This document shows positions 13,671 through 26,437 of a DNA stretch of 64,000 nucleotides, piece after piece. Source of the DNA: Octopus vulgaris (lineage: Eukaryota); assembly GCA_951406725.2 (NCBI GenBank), contig OX597823.1, positions 105,090,001 to 105,154,000 of the forward strand. The letters run 5' to 3'. Position 1 is the stretch's first letter. Every line of letters starts with the position of its first letter. The translations under genes and the position numbers were made by a program. Below the pieces are notes generated by a model that saw only the letters and a program-made list of their open reading frames with translations, was not told where the DNA came from and did not search any database.

Positions 13671-13715
13671 GGCCAGAGTTCTTTTGTCACACTCCTGTGA
13701 CCGCATCAGTGGTCC
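13671..13715 (-). ncRNA. Hammerhead-like motif (variant core) in inverted pLTR copy
   Basis: ggacca CTGATGCG gtcaca-ggag-tgtgac AAAA gaac TC tggcc. Confidence 0.55.
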
Positions 13716-13827
13716 TTTGTTTTCTTCCTTCTTATTTGTGTCTCTCCTTACTAACCGTCAGCCATTTTGCATTTTGTATTTCTATTGTATGTCTTCATTT
13801 GCGCATGCTTATATCTCTATGTGCGTT

Positions 13828-15304
13828 TCTGCCCCAGTAGATATTTAAGAGGTAGACCGCCCACAATTACTTCTATGGCTAGGAAGACACATATAGAAAG
13901 ATGGCGCAGATGGACCAGAGCCATACGGAGCCCCGCAAATGTCCATCAGATAAAGAAAATGATCGCACATGCATTAGGAGCTAGTATAAGAGTTACCCTA
14001 AAAGGCCACACGTTTAAGTTTAATAATAAAATATATGCCCAGGATGAGGGAGCAGCCATCGGCGTTAGTATCGCTGGTGATGTGGCCAACCTTTTCATGG
14101 TATGGTGGGACAGAAGGCTTAAAGAACGCCTAACACAGAACTCCATACTCGTAAACATGTACTCTCGCTATGTTGATGATATCAACATAGTGGTAAAGGC
14201 ACCCCGACAAGAGAGTAATGTTGATATAGTAATAGAAACTAATACTATGGAGAGCATCCAGCAAATAGCTAACTCCATCCACCAGAGTATTAAGGTCACA
14301 ATAGACTACCCCACTAAACACCCCAACCATAGACTACCAGTACTAGACACCGAACTCTGGCTAGAAATTGTGAATAATAAAACCCAAATCCTTCATTCAT
14401 ACTATGCCAAACCTATGGCCTCAAAATACTTGATCCACCGGAACTCAGCCATTGTGGACAATGCCAAATTCAATATTTTGATGGCAGACCTCGTCAGAAT
14501 AATGAGAAATGTGTCACGTATGTGCGAGCCTACAGAGTTAAAGAGACACATACAATATTTCATTCACCGCATGCAGTTCTCAGGTTACAGCCATAAAGAA
14601 AGGATCAGAGTATACAAAGGAGCCATTAAGAAATTTAATAATATATTATGTAATGATAGGAATGGGATTTGCCCACTCTATAGGAACAAGTCATGGAACA
14701 CTATAGAAAGGACAAAAAAGAAAATAGGGAAGGCCAACTCTTGGTATGATAGCCATAAATACCAGAGTGTCATGTTCGTTGACACCACCCCTGGAGGTGA
14801 ACTGGCGTACCGCTTTAGAAGGACCCTAGACAAACTTAAGCTAAGAATTAAGGTTGTAGAAAAGCCAGGCAACCCTATCAAATCTATAATTGGTAGAACC
14901 TATCCTTTTAGTAGAACCCCCTGTACGGATAAGTACTGTACTGTATGTAGATTTAGCCCACAAAGAAACTGTAAAGCCAGAAATGTAGTCTATAGTATAA
15001 GATGTATAGAGGGACGATGCAGTAACAAGACAACGACATACGTAGGGGAAACAGCAAGAAGCATAGGAGAGCGGGTAAATGAGCATTGGAGACAACTCAA
15101 GGAAGGTAAAAGCTCATCGATTCTGTACCAACACGCCGAACAGGAACACGGGGGTCAATCAATAACATAGAAATTAAAATATTATCCACACATAGATCAG
15201 ATGCAACAATTAGACAAATTACAGAAGCTACACACATAATAGAAAATAAACCTAGCCTGAATAGAAAACTAGAATGGAGCACTAACACACACCATAACAT
15301 ATGA
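13828..15304 (+). pseudogene. PLE reverse transcriptase + GIY-YIG endonuclease (5'-truncated, frameshift near 15165)
   Basis: YAQDEGAAIG, YSRYVDD, Cys-rich linker, VVYSIRC...YVGETARSIGERVNEH; after the frameshift RQITEATHIIENKPSLNRKLEW. The ORF-track N-terminus (13767-13827) is inverted UTR. Confidence 0.9.
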
Positions 15305-15738
15305 CGATAGAGGATCCTGAAAACATAATAAATACACAGATAAATAAACTAATAGAAATAAATAACTATATATATATATATTTTTTTTTTTTATTAATTT
15401 GTTTAATTAATTTTTTTACTTATAATTTTTTTTTCGATTCGATTTATTATTACTAGTATTGTTGTTATACATACAAGCATATGAAATGATAATAATAAGT
15501 GAATGTAAACACATGAACAAAATAAGAATAAACAAAAACAACAAAAACAAAATACAAATTACATGAACATATATAAACAGAAAATACAAATATTACAGGC
15601 ATCCCCCCCACATACACACACTAAATAAACATAGACGCACATAGAGATATAAGCATGCGCAAATGAAGACATACAATAGAAATACATAATGGCTGACGGT
15701 TAGTAAGGAGAGACACAAATAAGAAAGAAGAAAACAAA

Positions 15739-15783
15739 GGACCATTGATGCGGTCACAGGAGTGTGACGAAAGAACTCTGGCC
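15739..15783 (+). ncRNA. Hammerhead-like motif (variant core) in 3' pLTR
   Basis: ggacca TTGATGCG gtcaca-ggag-tgtgac GAAA gaac TC tggcc. Confidence 0.55.
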
Positions 15784-15936
15784 GAAATAAGATTAAGATT
15801 AATGTAAAAAATAAATAACACTGAAGCAAAATAACACCAAATATATAGTGCGTGTGTTTTTATTGGCTAAACTGGCAAAATGACCATTCCGAAATATAAC
15901 AATATATATATATATATACATATATATATTCACATA

Positions 15937-15977
<41 letters not shown>

Positions 15978-16079
15978 CAAAACAAGCAACAAGAATATCC
16001 AGAGATCATACAGTACGATCATTTCACGCAACTCCATTTAATTGAACAATGCCATCATTGCATCAATTTAAATGCAGAA

Positions 16080-16516
16080 CAATCCTCATCATGCACTGTC
16101 TGCCTGATAAGAAACTTAGACACTCCCATGTCCCTGACAATAGACCTGATCGACTTGGAGGGATTGCTGTCAATCTTAGCCTGGATTTCACCGACAAATT
16201 CAGGAGTTTTCTAAGCTGCCATACCTTCATAATCACCATTAGACTCATCCAACCCTTTCCAAATTCTCTGCATTGTTCTCAGATTGACAACCAAAGATTC
16301 TGAAATCTTCATATTGAAACTTCCAGCATAAATGCCTAGCTGTACAGCATGCCGTTTCCAATTTTCTGGCAGAGTGAATTGCATCATGGTGCTGTTTTTG
16401 TCACAGGTGGGGCCCAACTGACCCTACTATACTGTGTAGTCAACAAAATGAAAAGCAATGCGCATGTGCAGAATTAAAAATATTAAAATAGCAACAATTT
16501 ATCCATCACATCCTGT
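16080..16516 (-). mobile_element. Tc1/mariner-superfamily (maT/DD37D-like) 5' fragment
   Basis: HTH-type peptide NLRTMQRIWK...NPSKSIRSIVRDMGVSKFLIRQTVHDE; terminus cagga..tgatggataaatt. Confidence 0.7.
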
Positions 16517-17012
16517 ATGTGTGTGTGTACATATGCTTATGTATGTATGTATGTATATATATATGCATGTGTGTATCTATCTATCTATCGATCGATCTAC
16601 AGTTGTACATAGATACATACATACAAACATACATATGCATATATGATTGTATACATTATGATATTATGTGATATCTGTAAATGAGAGTCACTGTCACACA
16701 AGTGGTGTCGTTTATTTCTTGTCTTCCTTGAAAACATGTGCGGCCACGGAGAAATACTACCTTAGTTAGAAACAATTGAGTGTTGGCAACAGGAAGGACA
16801 TCCAGCCGTAGAAAAGCACAAGCATGGAAAGGCAGCTGCTGCTACAGCTGGTGCTGCAATGATGATAATGGTCATGATGGTGATGACAGTGATGTTATAT
16901 GCACAGTGCAAAGAAAATCACAACATTTGTTTACTTTCCACAGCACATGCATTCTAAACCGCAGACTATATTATATTTATCTCAGGCTTTCTTATACCTG
17001 CTGTTGCTCACA

Positions 17013-17126
<114 letters not shown>

Positions 17127-17407
17127 TTGCTGGAAGATGATGAGTCACTTCACTATTACTCAGTTTCTCTCACTTTTGTGCATTAATTAATTTAGGCTGA
17201 ACAGAAACACACACACACAGTAACAGATAAAGTTGTTGTTGTTGATGTTGGTGGTGATGGTGGTGATGGTGGTGGGTGGGTGTTTGGGTGTGTGGGTGGA
17301 TATTGGAGTAACCATGGAGTGAATCATCAGCTTTGAGTGAATAAATAAATGCTTTTGCAGCTATTGATTTGCTGAGCCTTCCTTTTCAGCATTTGTTCAT
17401 CTAAACA

Positions 17408-17443
<36 letters not shown>

Positions 17444-17858
17444 CATACTTACACACACACACCACTCCATCATCATGGTCATTGTCATTGCCATCATCAT
17501 CATCATCGTCATCATCATCATCACCATTATCATTATTTTACCACCATTGTTTCAGAGTACATGCTTGCATGGGTTTAGTAAAAGATTTTTGGAATAGATT
17601 TTTCTAAGACCAGATGCCCTTCCTGTTCCTTGTAAAACCATGACGTTTACCATTATTGCTTGATGTCAAGTCAATGTCATATGGACATATGCAAAGTGAC
17701 ATGAACACACAGAGTCACACATACACTGAATTATATATATTTCTGCTGCTTTTAAATAAAGCATATTACTCTACCTCTGGTATTTGAGTACTTTTTTTTC
17801 CCACCTTTTTCACATTTATGTGCTTACTCAGGTATATATATGTGTGTATATATATATA

Positions 17859-19451
17859 TAGTATCTCACAGAAGTATGTATATCTCTAAAAAATTTCAGT
17901 AAAATTGCCATTAATCTGATAATATCGAAGGAAATCAAATGAAGTTTATACAGAATTATACATATTATATATGCAAACATTATACAAAACAATAAACATT
18001 TTCAAAGATATGAACAAGATATTAATTTTCAAATGTTACAAAAATATGTACACCGTAAAGGAAATTTGCTATATTCAATATCATATCAACCTTTTTTCTA
18101 AATTCAGATATTGCTGATAATTTCAATTCTAATAAATTAGTTCTCCTGGCATTTTTGCACCAGTCATTGTTATTGCATCTGCAGGAATTCTCATTTGCGT
18201 ATCTTGGTGAAAATTTTCTTCATTGTGATTAAAACGGAACCAAAAGGAAAAGAAATTTCTGAAGTTTGAAGAAAATTATTCTTAATTTGCACAAGAATGG
18301 TTTAGGATACAAGTTAATTAGCAAACGAATACCTATCAACATAAACGCAGTTGCCAAAGTAATTCAGAAGTACAAAGCTACTGGACGGCTAAGCAAAAAA
18401 CATCACCCAGGTCATTCTTCTATTTTAACTGCACAGGATATTTGCCACATCCAATGTTGTGTGATGGATGACAGTCATCATGCTGCTTCATCTTTGGCCC
18501 AAGAAGTGCCTTCTGTTACTAGAAAGAGTGTATTCACCCAAACAGTTTACCGAAGTTTGAACCAGTGTGGTCTTCATGGATGCATTCCTCGTAAGAAGCC
18601 TCTCCTCACTGCCAGGCATAAATCATGTTGTCTTTCTTTTGCCGAAACCTATGTGAGTAATGGGAAGGAGTTTTGGTATAAAATTCCTTTTTCCTTCAAG
18701 ACTAAAATCAATTTGTTTGGGTCAGATGGAATTAAATGAGTATGACGACAACCAGGTGAAGATGATAGAGACAAATGCATGGTGAAACACGGTGGAGGAA
18801 GTGTTATACTTTGGGGATGCATGAGTGCAGCTGGTGTGGGAGGACTCACAGTTGATTCAAGGCTTTATTGTGACATATTGCAGAAAACAATGTTGAGAAG
18901 CATCAAGGAACTAGGAAGACATTCCATGTTCCAACATGATAATGACCCTAAATACACTTCAAAGATGACGATTAAATTTTTATCGGATAAAAGGTAAAGG
19001 TATTGCCTTGGCCTACCATGTCACCTGATTTAAACCCAACAGAACATCCCAGGGGTGTTTTGAAAAGGAAGGTTGAGGAGAAAAAACCCCACAATGTAAC
19101 ACAATTGAAAGACATCATCCAGGATGAATGGAAGTTGATTTCATTGTAACATGTAGGAATTTAGTTGACTCTATGCCCAGAAGACTTAATGAAGTCATTG
19201 AAAGCAAGGGCAGTCACAACAAATATTGGATATAGCAAATAATCTTTTATGGTGTACATACTTTTGTAACATTTGAAAATTAATATTTTGTTCATATCTT
19301 TGAAAATGTTTATTGTTTTGTGTTCCTAATTTGTATCATCTTTGCCCGTATATATTTATTCAGCATAAATTTCGTTTGATTTCCTTTGATATTATCAGAG
19401 TAATGACAATTTTACAGAATTTTTTTAGGGATACACTTCTGTGAGATATTG
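17859..19451 (+). mobile_element. Tc1-like DNA transposon (IR/DR type), full length but dead
   Basis: About 195-bp TIRs (agtatctcacagaagt / acttctgtgagatattg) with inner repeats near 18034 and 19250. Confidence 0.92.
18225..19232 (+). pseudogene. Tc1 DD34E transposase pseudogene
   Basis: GLGYKLISK HTH, RKKPLL, VKHGGGSVILWGCM, FQHDNDPK, WPTMSPDLNPTEH; stops and frameshifts; first catalytic D lost. Confidence 0.9.
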
Positions 19452-19496
19452 TGTGTGTATGTGTATATATATATGTATATCTGTATAAATATATTG

Positions 19497-20165
19497 TGAG
19501 AGGCAGATTGTATGATGTCTGTGTGCAAACAGCCATGCTACACAGCAATGAATCATGGGCTGTGGCTGCAGAGAACATGTGAAAACTTTAAAGAAATGGA
19601 GCTAGCATGCTTTGCTGGCTGTGCAATGCCAGTGTGCATGTACGATAGAGTTTAAGTGTTCTTTGAGAAAAACTGAATGTAAGACGGCCAGATGTGTTGT
19701 GCAAGAGAGACAACTGCACTGGTATGGTCATGTGATGCATATGGATGAGGACAACTGTGTAAAGAAGTGCTGATTTCAAACTAAAGTGGGAACCTGTAGA
19801 AGAGGTAGACCCAGGAAGACATGGGACAAGGTGGTGAAGCATGGTCTTTGAATGTTGGGCCTTGAGGAGGCGAATGACAAGTGAGTAAGGCCTTTGACGA
19901 TGCGTTGTGTTTGAGAAAATTTGTCAAGCCAAGTGAAATCATAGTCATGGCTGATGCTGATGGTATGTAACTGGTACTCATGCTGGTGGCATGTAAAACG
20001 CACCCATTACACTCTTGGAGTGGTTGGCGTTAGGAAAAGCATCCATGACAAATTGGACTGGAACCTGGTGCAGTTCTCCAGCCTACCAGTTCCACTCAAA
20101 CCATCTAACCCATGCCAGCATGGAAAACAGACGTTAATGATGATGATGATGATGATGATGATGAC
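19497..20165 (+). mobile_element. RTE-LINE 3' fragment
   Basis: RGRLYDVCVQTAMLHSNESWAV, RGRPRKTWDKVVKH, (GAT)n tail. Confidence 0.85.
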
Positions 20166-20339
20166 GATGGTGTGTGTGTGTGTGTGTGTGTGTGCATGGA
20201 TATTTATTTTGTTTATTTGTTTCAGTCATTAGACTACGACCACACACACACACACACCAATTGTAAAAAACATAAATCTGAAAGAAGCACACTCTAAGAT
20301 CTAGAGCAATATATATTAAAAATGGAGAAGGCCGGTTTA

Positions 20340-20402
20340 TGGGATTACCTTAGGTTTCCCGTCCATAAAGGGTTTAGCTTCATGGCATATCATCAGATCC
20401 CA
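20340..20402 (-). ncRNA. Type I hammerhead ribozyme motif, intact core
   Basis: tgggat CTGATGA tatg-ccatgaag..ctttatgg-acgg GAAA cctaagg TA atccca; perfect 6-bp stem I. Confidence 0.8.
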
Positions 20403-20788
20403 AAAACCTGTAGCCCACGAGCTCTTAAAAATATGGAGGAGGAAATACCTCACAACTCAAAGGTAATAATTGGGGATTATCTCCCTTTGCTATTGGCTGT
20501 GCTGCCATCTTGTGGGCTCCAAAAGCTAGCAGGAATCTCCTAAAATGTAAACATGGCCTGAAAATCTCTGTTCTGGAGTTAAGGATGTTGCCTGGTTCGA
20601 GTGAGTCTTTTAGGATTCTTGCGCATTCAGCTATGGAGGTTCCTGCTAGCTTTTTGGAGCCCACATGATGGTAGTACAGCTGCAGGTTGATAGCCAATAG
20701 CGAAGGGAGATAATCCTCAATTGTTTTCCTTGAGTACAGAGGTATTTCCCCTTCCATATTTTTAAGAGGTCATATGCCAACGGGTTTT

Positions 20789-20851
20789 TGGGATCTAACG
20801 ATACACCATAAAGCTAAACCCTTCCTGGACAGGAAACCTAAGGTAATCCCA
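20789..20851 (+). ncRNA. Type I hammerhead motif, decayed core
   Basis: tgggat CTAACGA ... GAAA cctaagg TA atccca (G5 mutated). Confidence 0.65.
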
Positions 20852-20920
20852 ATGACTGGCCTTCCCCATTTTTCATAAATATATATATATGTATGTATAT
20901 ATATATATATATATATATAC

Positions 20921-21078
20921 TACACTCTTGGAGTGGTTGGCGTTAGGAAGAGCATCCACCTGTAGAAACTCTGCCAGATCAGATTGGAATTTGGTGCAGC
21001 TATCTGGTTCGCCAGACCTTAGTCAAATCATCCAACCCATGCTAGCATGGAAAGTGGATGTTAAACGATGATGATGAT
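20921..21078 (+). mobile_element. RTE 3' tail
   Basis: tacactcttggagtggttggcgttaggaag...gttaaacgatgatgat. Confidence 0.85.
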
Positions 21079-21389
21079 GGCATACACACCTATATATACA
21101 CACATGATAGAAGTAAATTAGACACCCTTATAATCATTAAAATTTATTTAAATCTGAAATAATACATTCAAATGATTTATTAGTTGTTACGATGTGAATA
21201 TTTAGCATTTAGTAGACATGTCCTTTGCCTTTTTCAATACAAGGACCCTATTAAGTATGTTACTGATCAGATGATGAATATTCTCTCGCAGAATTTCTTG
21301 CCAAATTTCATGCAGTAATCTCAAACGATCTGACTTTGAAAATGCTTTCTGGTTCTTTTTATGAAGTATTGTGTCCAAAACAGCATTTA

Positions 21390-21950
21390 CAAGGTCTGAT
21401 AAAAAAAGTACTGGGCTATGGTAACAGAGCTAAAGTACCGAGAGGAAAGCCACTTGGCACAGATTGACTTTGAACTGTATTATGCATGCACACAAAGTTA
21501 TAACATTCTCACTTACTTCCATTGTTTACAGCAGCACTTGAAAGTAAAGCATGTAGAGTGTGGTCGTCTCGAAAAGAAGATCAGGTTTCAGCTATATGGG
21601 ATCTTCTTGATTGTATAGAGGAGGACTAAAACATTTTGAATGGGGTCTTAGCAATTTACATATTTTGTTCTCTATGGCTATGACCCTGATGCCAAGGTCC
21701 ACTTTTCACAGTAAATGGAAGACCCCCAATGAGATTTCAAGAAATCAAGGAAATCCAAGCAAATGTGACAAAAAGGTTGTTCACTATCCGAAAAAGGAGT
21801 TCCAGGAAGGCTTCTCTGAATGGAAATAACACTGGATGAAGTGTTTGGCTTCAGAATGGAACTACTTCGAAGGAGATTAAATGCTGAATTGACATGTGTT
21901 GTAGTTCTCTTTTTATAGCACCAGTCCCAATACATTTTGGTCAGATCTTG
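21390..21950 (+). mobile_element. Internally deleted mariner nested in an older Tc1-like relic (about 21105-22050)
   Basis: TA TSD; TIRs caaggtctgataaaaaaagtactggg / cccaatacattttggtcagatcttg; C-terminal NGTTSKEI/GNYFEGD-like remnant. Confidence 0.75.
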
Positions 21951-22109
21951 TATTAGAAAATCCGAGATAAATTTAAATTGCTAAGTCTTTCACGGTGGAA
22001 CTTTAAACTGATGTTTATTTACTTTATGTTTCAAAATTATCCATAATTAAAAGACAATCCAACCTTGATAATTCCATCTATCCTTCATATATATTTTATC
22101 TTAAATGTG

Positions 22110-22530
22110 TTTGGACTGCAGCCATGCTGGAGCATCATCTTGGGGAGTTTAGACAAACAAATTGGCCCCAGAATTTATTCTTTTTTTAGTTTGGAACTTA
22201 TTCCTTTATTGCCCATCTGCTATGTTATGGGGATGGAAACAAATCAACAGCAGTTATCAAGGGGTGAGGAGAACAAGTAAACACACACACACATGTGCGT
22301 GCATGCACACACACACACACACGTGCGCATACACACACAAACACACATACACACACAAGCACACACACACACACACAAACACAGACACACACACACAAAC
22401 ACACACAACAAGCTTTCACATAGCTTCCTTCTGCCAAATTCTCTCCCATGACACTGGTTGGCCCAGGATTGTAGTAGAAGAAATCTGCCTAAAGTGCCGT
22501 GCAATGGGACTGAACCATGGTTCAGTCCCA
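22110..22530 (-). mobile_element. SINE family A, diverged
   Basis: Collinear with 49893-50285. Confidence 0.65.
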
Positions 22531-24217
22531 TATGTGCATATGTGGATAGATGAATGTGTGCTGAATTCAGTTGCCCAAAAGTGAAAATTATGAATTTCTT
22601 TCTTAAAATTCATAGAAATTCTCATATATTTTCTTCATGCTACAAATTAGTAAAACCAATACATAACAACGGCAACAACAACAACAATATGATATATATC
22701 CCTACTTTAAAGTGTGCCATTGGCAATGCCACTGTGACAGAATCACCAATTTCCATCCATCAAGTCACAAACTACATTAGAATTAATAAAATATTTAATA
22801 TTTTAAATGAGTTCAAATATGCAATATATGAATAATTTTATCTCCAAATCACCTCAGGACGCATAAGTTTGTTAGAATATATTATTCAAAGGAATATATT
22901 CCAAGTATAAATTTCATTTTTAAGTCTCTTGGTCCATTAATATATTTCCTCAGCTTCATTGCATATATATATATATATACACATAAAAGCTATATATAAT
23001 TGAATATATATAATATATATAATCATTGGAGAAAAATTTTCTTAAATTAAAAATTATTTATTAATAAAAAAATCTTAAGAAACAAAATGACATCTTTTGG
23101 AAGAAAGTTTGCATATTATGTGTTAGTGCTTTCACAATTTACAGTTTTTCAAACACACATGTTATGAAGTAATCAGTATAGAGGAGGTAGTTTTTAGTTG
23201 TGGTATTGATTGTTTTGGATTAAGGTTCAGATTTAGAATTCTTATAAAGTATTCTTCTTCTGCCTTTTCATAGCTGATCAATTTCTTTTATTTTGAAAAG
23301 AGAAAATATTTTGAATTTTTCTATTTGTACAAATGTCTGGATATTCATTACGTGAAACATTTCTACATTATTCGATCTGTAGCTTATGTACTCTAATCCA
23401 ATGTGTTAATTTTCATAACATTTGGTCAATATAACTCTCCTTACGATGTCGGTATGTGATGCTGTTAATGAGTATATGGTGGTGATGGTGAGGGTGATGG
23501 TGGTGGTGATGATGATGATGATGATGAGGATGATGAGGATGATGAGGAAGAGATTGACTGAACCAATCTGAGATTTTAGTCTTGGCTATGGACAGGAAGA
23601 CTCAGATCAATTGCCTCATTTATTTTTATGTATTTTTGCATTTGTACAAAGTCTTTTTGATAACTGTGTATGTATGTATGAATGTATGTATGTATGTATG
23701 TGAATGAAAGCTTGTGTATATTAATGGGTTTGAGTGTGTGTTGATGGACAAGATAGCTGATGTATTTGGAAAATATTATGTCTTCTTAAGAACTGATAGC
23801 AACCCTGGAAAAAGTAAATGCTTCTGATTCCTTTTTTATGGCTTTACAAATGGAAGAAAATCAGTTCCAAGATCTAAGAAGAATCTCCAAGTACGATGAA
23901 TAAAGGCATGGAGTGAGAAAGAAAAAAAGTCTGATAGATTGCTACTAATCACCACTTTGATTTCAATGAGTGTGCAAAAAATAGCAGCCAAATATTCTTC
24001 AAATCACTAACTACTGTCTTTAAAAAAGGCAGAGCACATTGGGCCTAGATGTACAAAAGAACAAGGTGGTCAAGGAAGGAACATTCAATGAGAGATCTGC
24101 TCAATCGAGGATGACATTATTATTAACATTTGCTCAGGGATGGAAAGGCAGTGCCCATCACCCTTTAAGGGTTTCTGTGACTGGTAGGGACAAAGGAGGG
24201 AATTTTCCTCATAATTG

Positions 24218-24575
24218 CAGGCATGGTTGTGTGATAATAAGTTTGCTTCCCAATCACATGGTTCTGGGTTCAGTTCCACTGCATGGCACCTTGGACAAGT
24301 CTTTTCAACTATAGCCTCGGGCCAACCAAAGCCTTTTGAGAGGATTTGGTTGACAAAAACTGAAAGAAGCCCATTGTGTGCATGTGTATGTGTGTGTGTG
24401 TGTGTGGAGGTGTGTGCACATGGCTTTCTGTCTGTGTTTGTCCCTAACCACCACACCGTTTGACATCCCCATAACTTGTGTTTACATCACCATAACTTAG
24501 TGGTTCAGCAATAGAGATCGATAGAATAAGTATCAGGCTTAAGAAAAATATACTGGGGTCAAATTATTTGACTAA
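24218..24575 (+). mobile_element. SINE family A
   Basis: gcaggcatggttgtgtg...ggttcagttccactgcatggcaccttggacaagt...tactggggtc. Confidence 0.8.
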
Positions 24576-24578
24576 AAT

Positions 24579-24925
24579 TTATTCAACAAAATCACCATTG
24601 GCTCTAACCATGGATTCCAGACGACTTTGGAATTTCCTGCGACTCTCCTTGATGGTCTCCTTGCTTAAGTTGATGAATGCTGCCATACTCCTTGCCTTCA
24701 ATTCATCTTTGGTGTTACAGAGAGTTTTGTTGGTCTCCTGCCCAACTGCGCCCCACACATAATAATCAAAGTGGTTGTAGTCTGGGGAGTTAGGTGGCCA
24801 GATGTTAGGGGTGATGTGGTTGCAGAAATTGTCTGACAGCCATGACTTGGTTCTCCTGCTTGTGTGGCATGGTGCAGATTCCTGTTGCCAAACAGAGTGT
24901 CCTGCAGCCACCCTCTTCACTCAGG
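24579..24925 (-). pseudogene. maT/DD37D-like transposase C-terminal fragment
   Basis: WQQESAPCHT...WPPNSPDYNHFDYYVWG...RLESMVRANGDFVE. Confidence 0.85.
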
Positions 24926-24960
24926 GCTGTATTATCCATTGCACCCTGTATATATATATA

Positions 24961-25161
24961 TAAGTTTATAAATAAGGATAATATCGATATTTAAATATCG
25001 ATATTATCAAGTGGCCAGTATGGGGATAAATACCATACAAAGGTAATACTTATTCAAAGCTATAAATTAGGGTATCTGAGAGATACCAGCATGCTGACAT
25101 AGCGTTTTTAGAGTCGGGGTTTTGACTGCTATTTCGGCATGGTGGTATCTCTCAGATACCC

Positions 25162-25170
<9 letters not shown>
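24961..25170 (+). mobile_element. Fold-back insert in (TA)n, PLE-terminus-like
   Basis: 25060-25103 inverted with 25127-25170; perfect 32-bp palindrome at 24977-25008. Confidence 0.6.
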
Positions 25171-25209
<39 letters not shown>

Positions 25210-25214
25210 GTATA

Positions 25215-25297
<83 letters not shown>

Positions 25298-26096
25298 CTC
25301 TATATATTTATATATATATATTTTTAAAATTGAGGATAAAATCTTTATAAGAAATTATCAGTAGTTAGCGTGAAAAACCTCGTATATATATATATATACA
25401 CATATATATATATTTATAACATATATAGCTTTGCTCTATAATGACTAAAATGATACACTGTAAGTTCTTGATAGAACAGCATGAACTGATAGTACAGATT
25501 CTGACTTCTTTCAGTCCCTGCTTGTTGTTAAGAAATTCCAAGCACACCAACACGCTGTTAATAAATTACAAATAAACCATAGATTGTCAAACTGACAACA
25601 ATATGCAGATCAGCTTAGCCTGGCTGAATCAAGATGTATTTGCTTGTGCTGGCTTTTTTTCCTTAGTTATTATTTGGTATCACATTGACAGTTGAAGTAA
25701 CTTTACCAAGGACTTAAGCTACATTGTCTGTTCAAAAGCCATGCTGTGCCAGCCAGGAATTGTGGTGTGATATTCAAGTTCCATTCAATGGTGTGACAGA
25801 CTGTTCTTTCTTTGCATTTTTATATTTGGTTTATTTCTATGCTTAAAAGTTGTCGAGATATTGTTTAACAGCTGGATGCCCTTCGTACCACTAACTCTCA
25901 CCTGTTTTCCAAGCGAAGAAGTTTTCATTGCATTCCTCTTTCAAAGCAGAGTGCTGCAGACTGAAGGGAGTGACGACAGACAAAACCAGATGCAGCTCAG
26001 GAATCGCAGAATTGAAGCATTCACACACACACATACACACATATGCACACATGCACATGTGCACACACACACATACACACGCACACACGCACACAC

Positions 26097-26330
26097 AGGT
26101 GGCAAGCTGGCAGAAATGTTAGCACGCCAGGCGAAATGCGTAGCCGTATTTCGTCTGCCGTTACATTCTGAGTTCAAATTCCGCCGAGGTCGACTTTGCC
26201 TTTCATCCTTTCGGGGTCGATAAATTAAGTACCAGTTATGCACTGGGATCAATGTAATCGACTTAATCCGTCTGTCTGTCCTTGTTTGTCTCCTCTGTGT
26301 TTAGCCCCTTGTGGGTAGTAAAGAAATATA
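26097..26330 (+). mobile_element. SINE family B
   Basis: Full copy with B-box-like gagttcaaattcc and gtcgactttgcctttcatcctttcggggtcgataaattaagtaccag core. Confidence 0.9.
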
Positions 26331-26395
26331 TACATGCACACACATGCACACATGCACACACGTGCACACATGCACACACGTGCACACATGCACTA

Positions 26396-26437
<42 letters not shown>

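Larger units (their letters stand above)
13492..15905 (+). mobile_element. Penelope-like element 1, 5'-truncated, with inverted 5' copy of its pseudo-LTR
   Basis: RT+GIY-YIG frame; 13549-13826 is the inverted copy of 15635-15905; (TA)n flanks. Confidence 0.92.
20315..20875. mobile_element. Fold-back insert in (TA)n, about 225-bp diverged inverted arms, one hammerhead per arm
   Basis: 20315-20540 pairs with about 20634-20875. Confidence 0.8.

Noticed and set aside
13767-13827. Hydrophobic signal-peptide-like N-terminus on the PLE1 ORF
   Set aside because: It is read from the inverted pLTR copy and is not part of the native protein.
23760-23905. Short open stretch that might be a host exon
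   Set aside because: No recognisable domain or convincing splice pair; small host exons cannot be excluded without RNA-seq.
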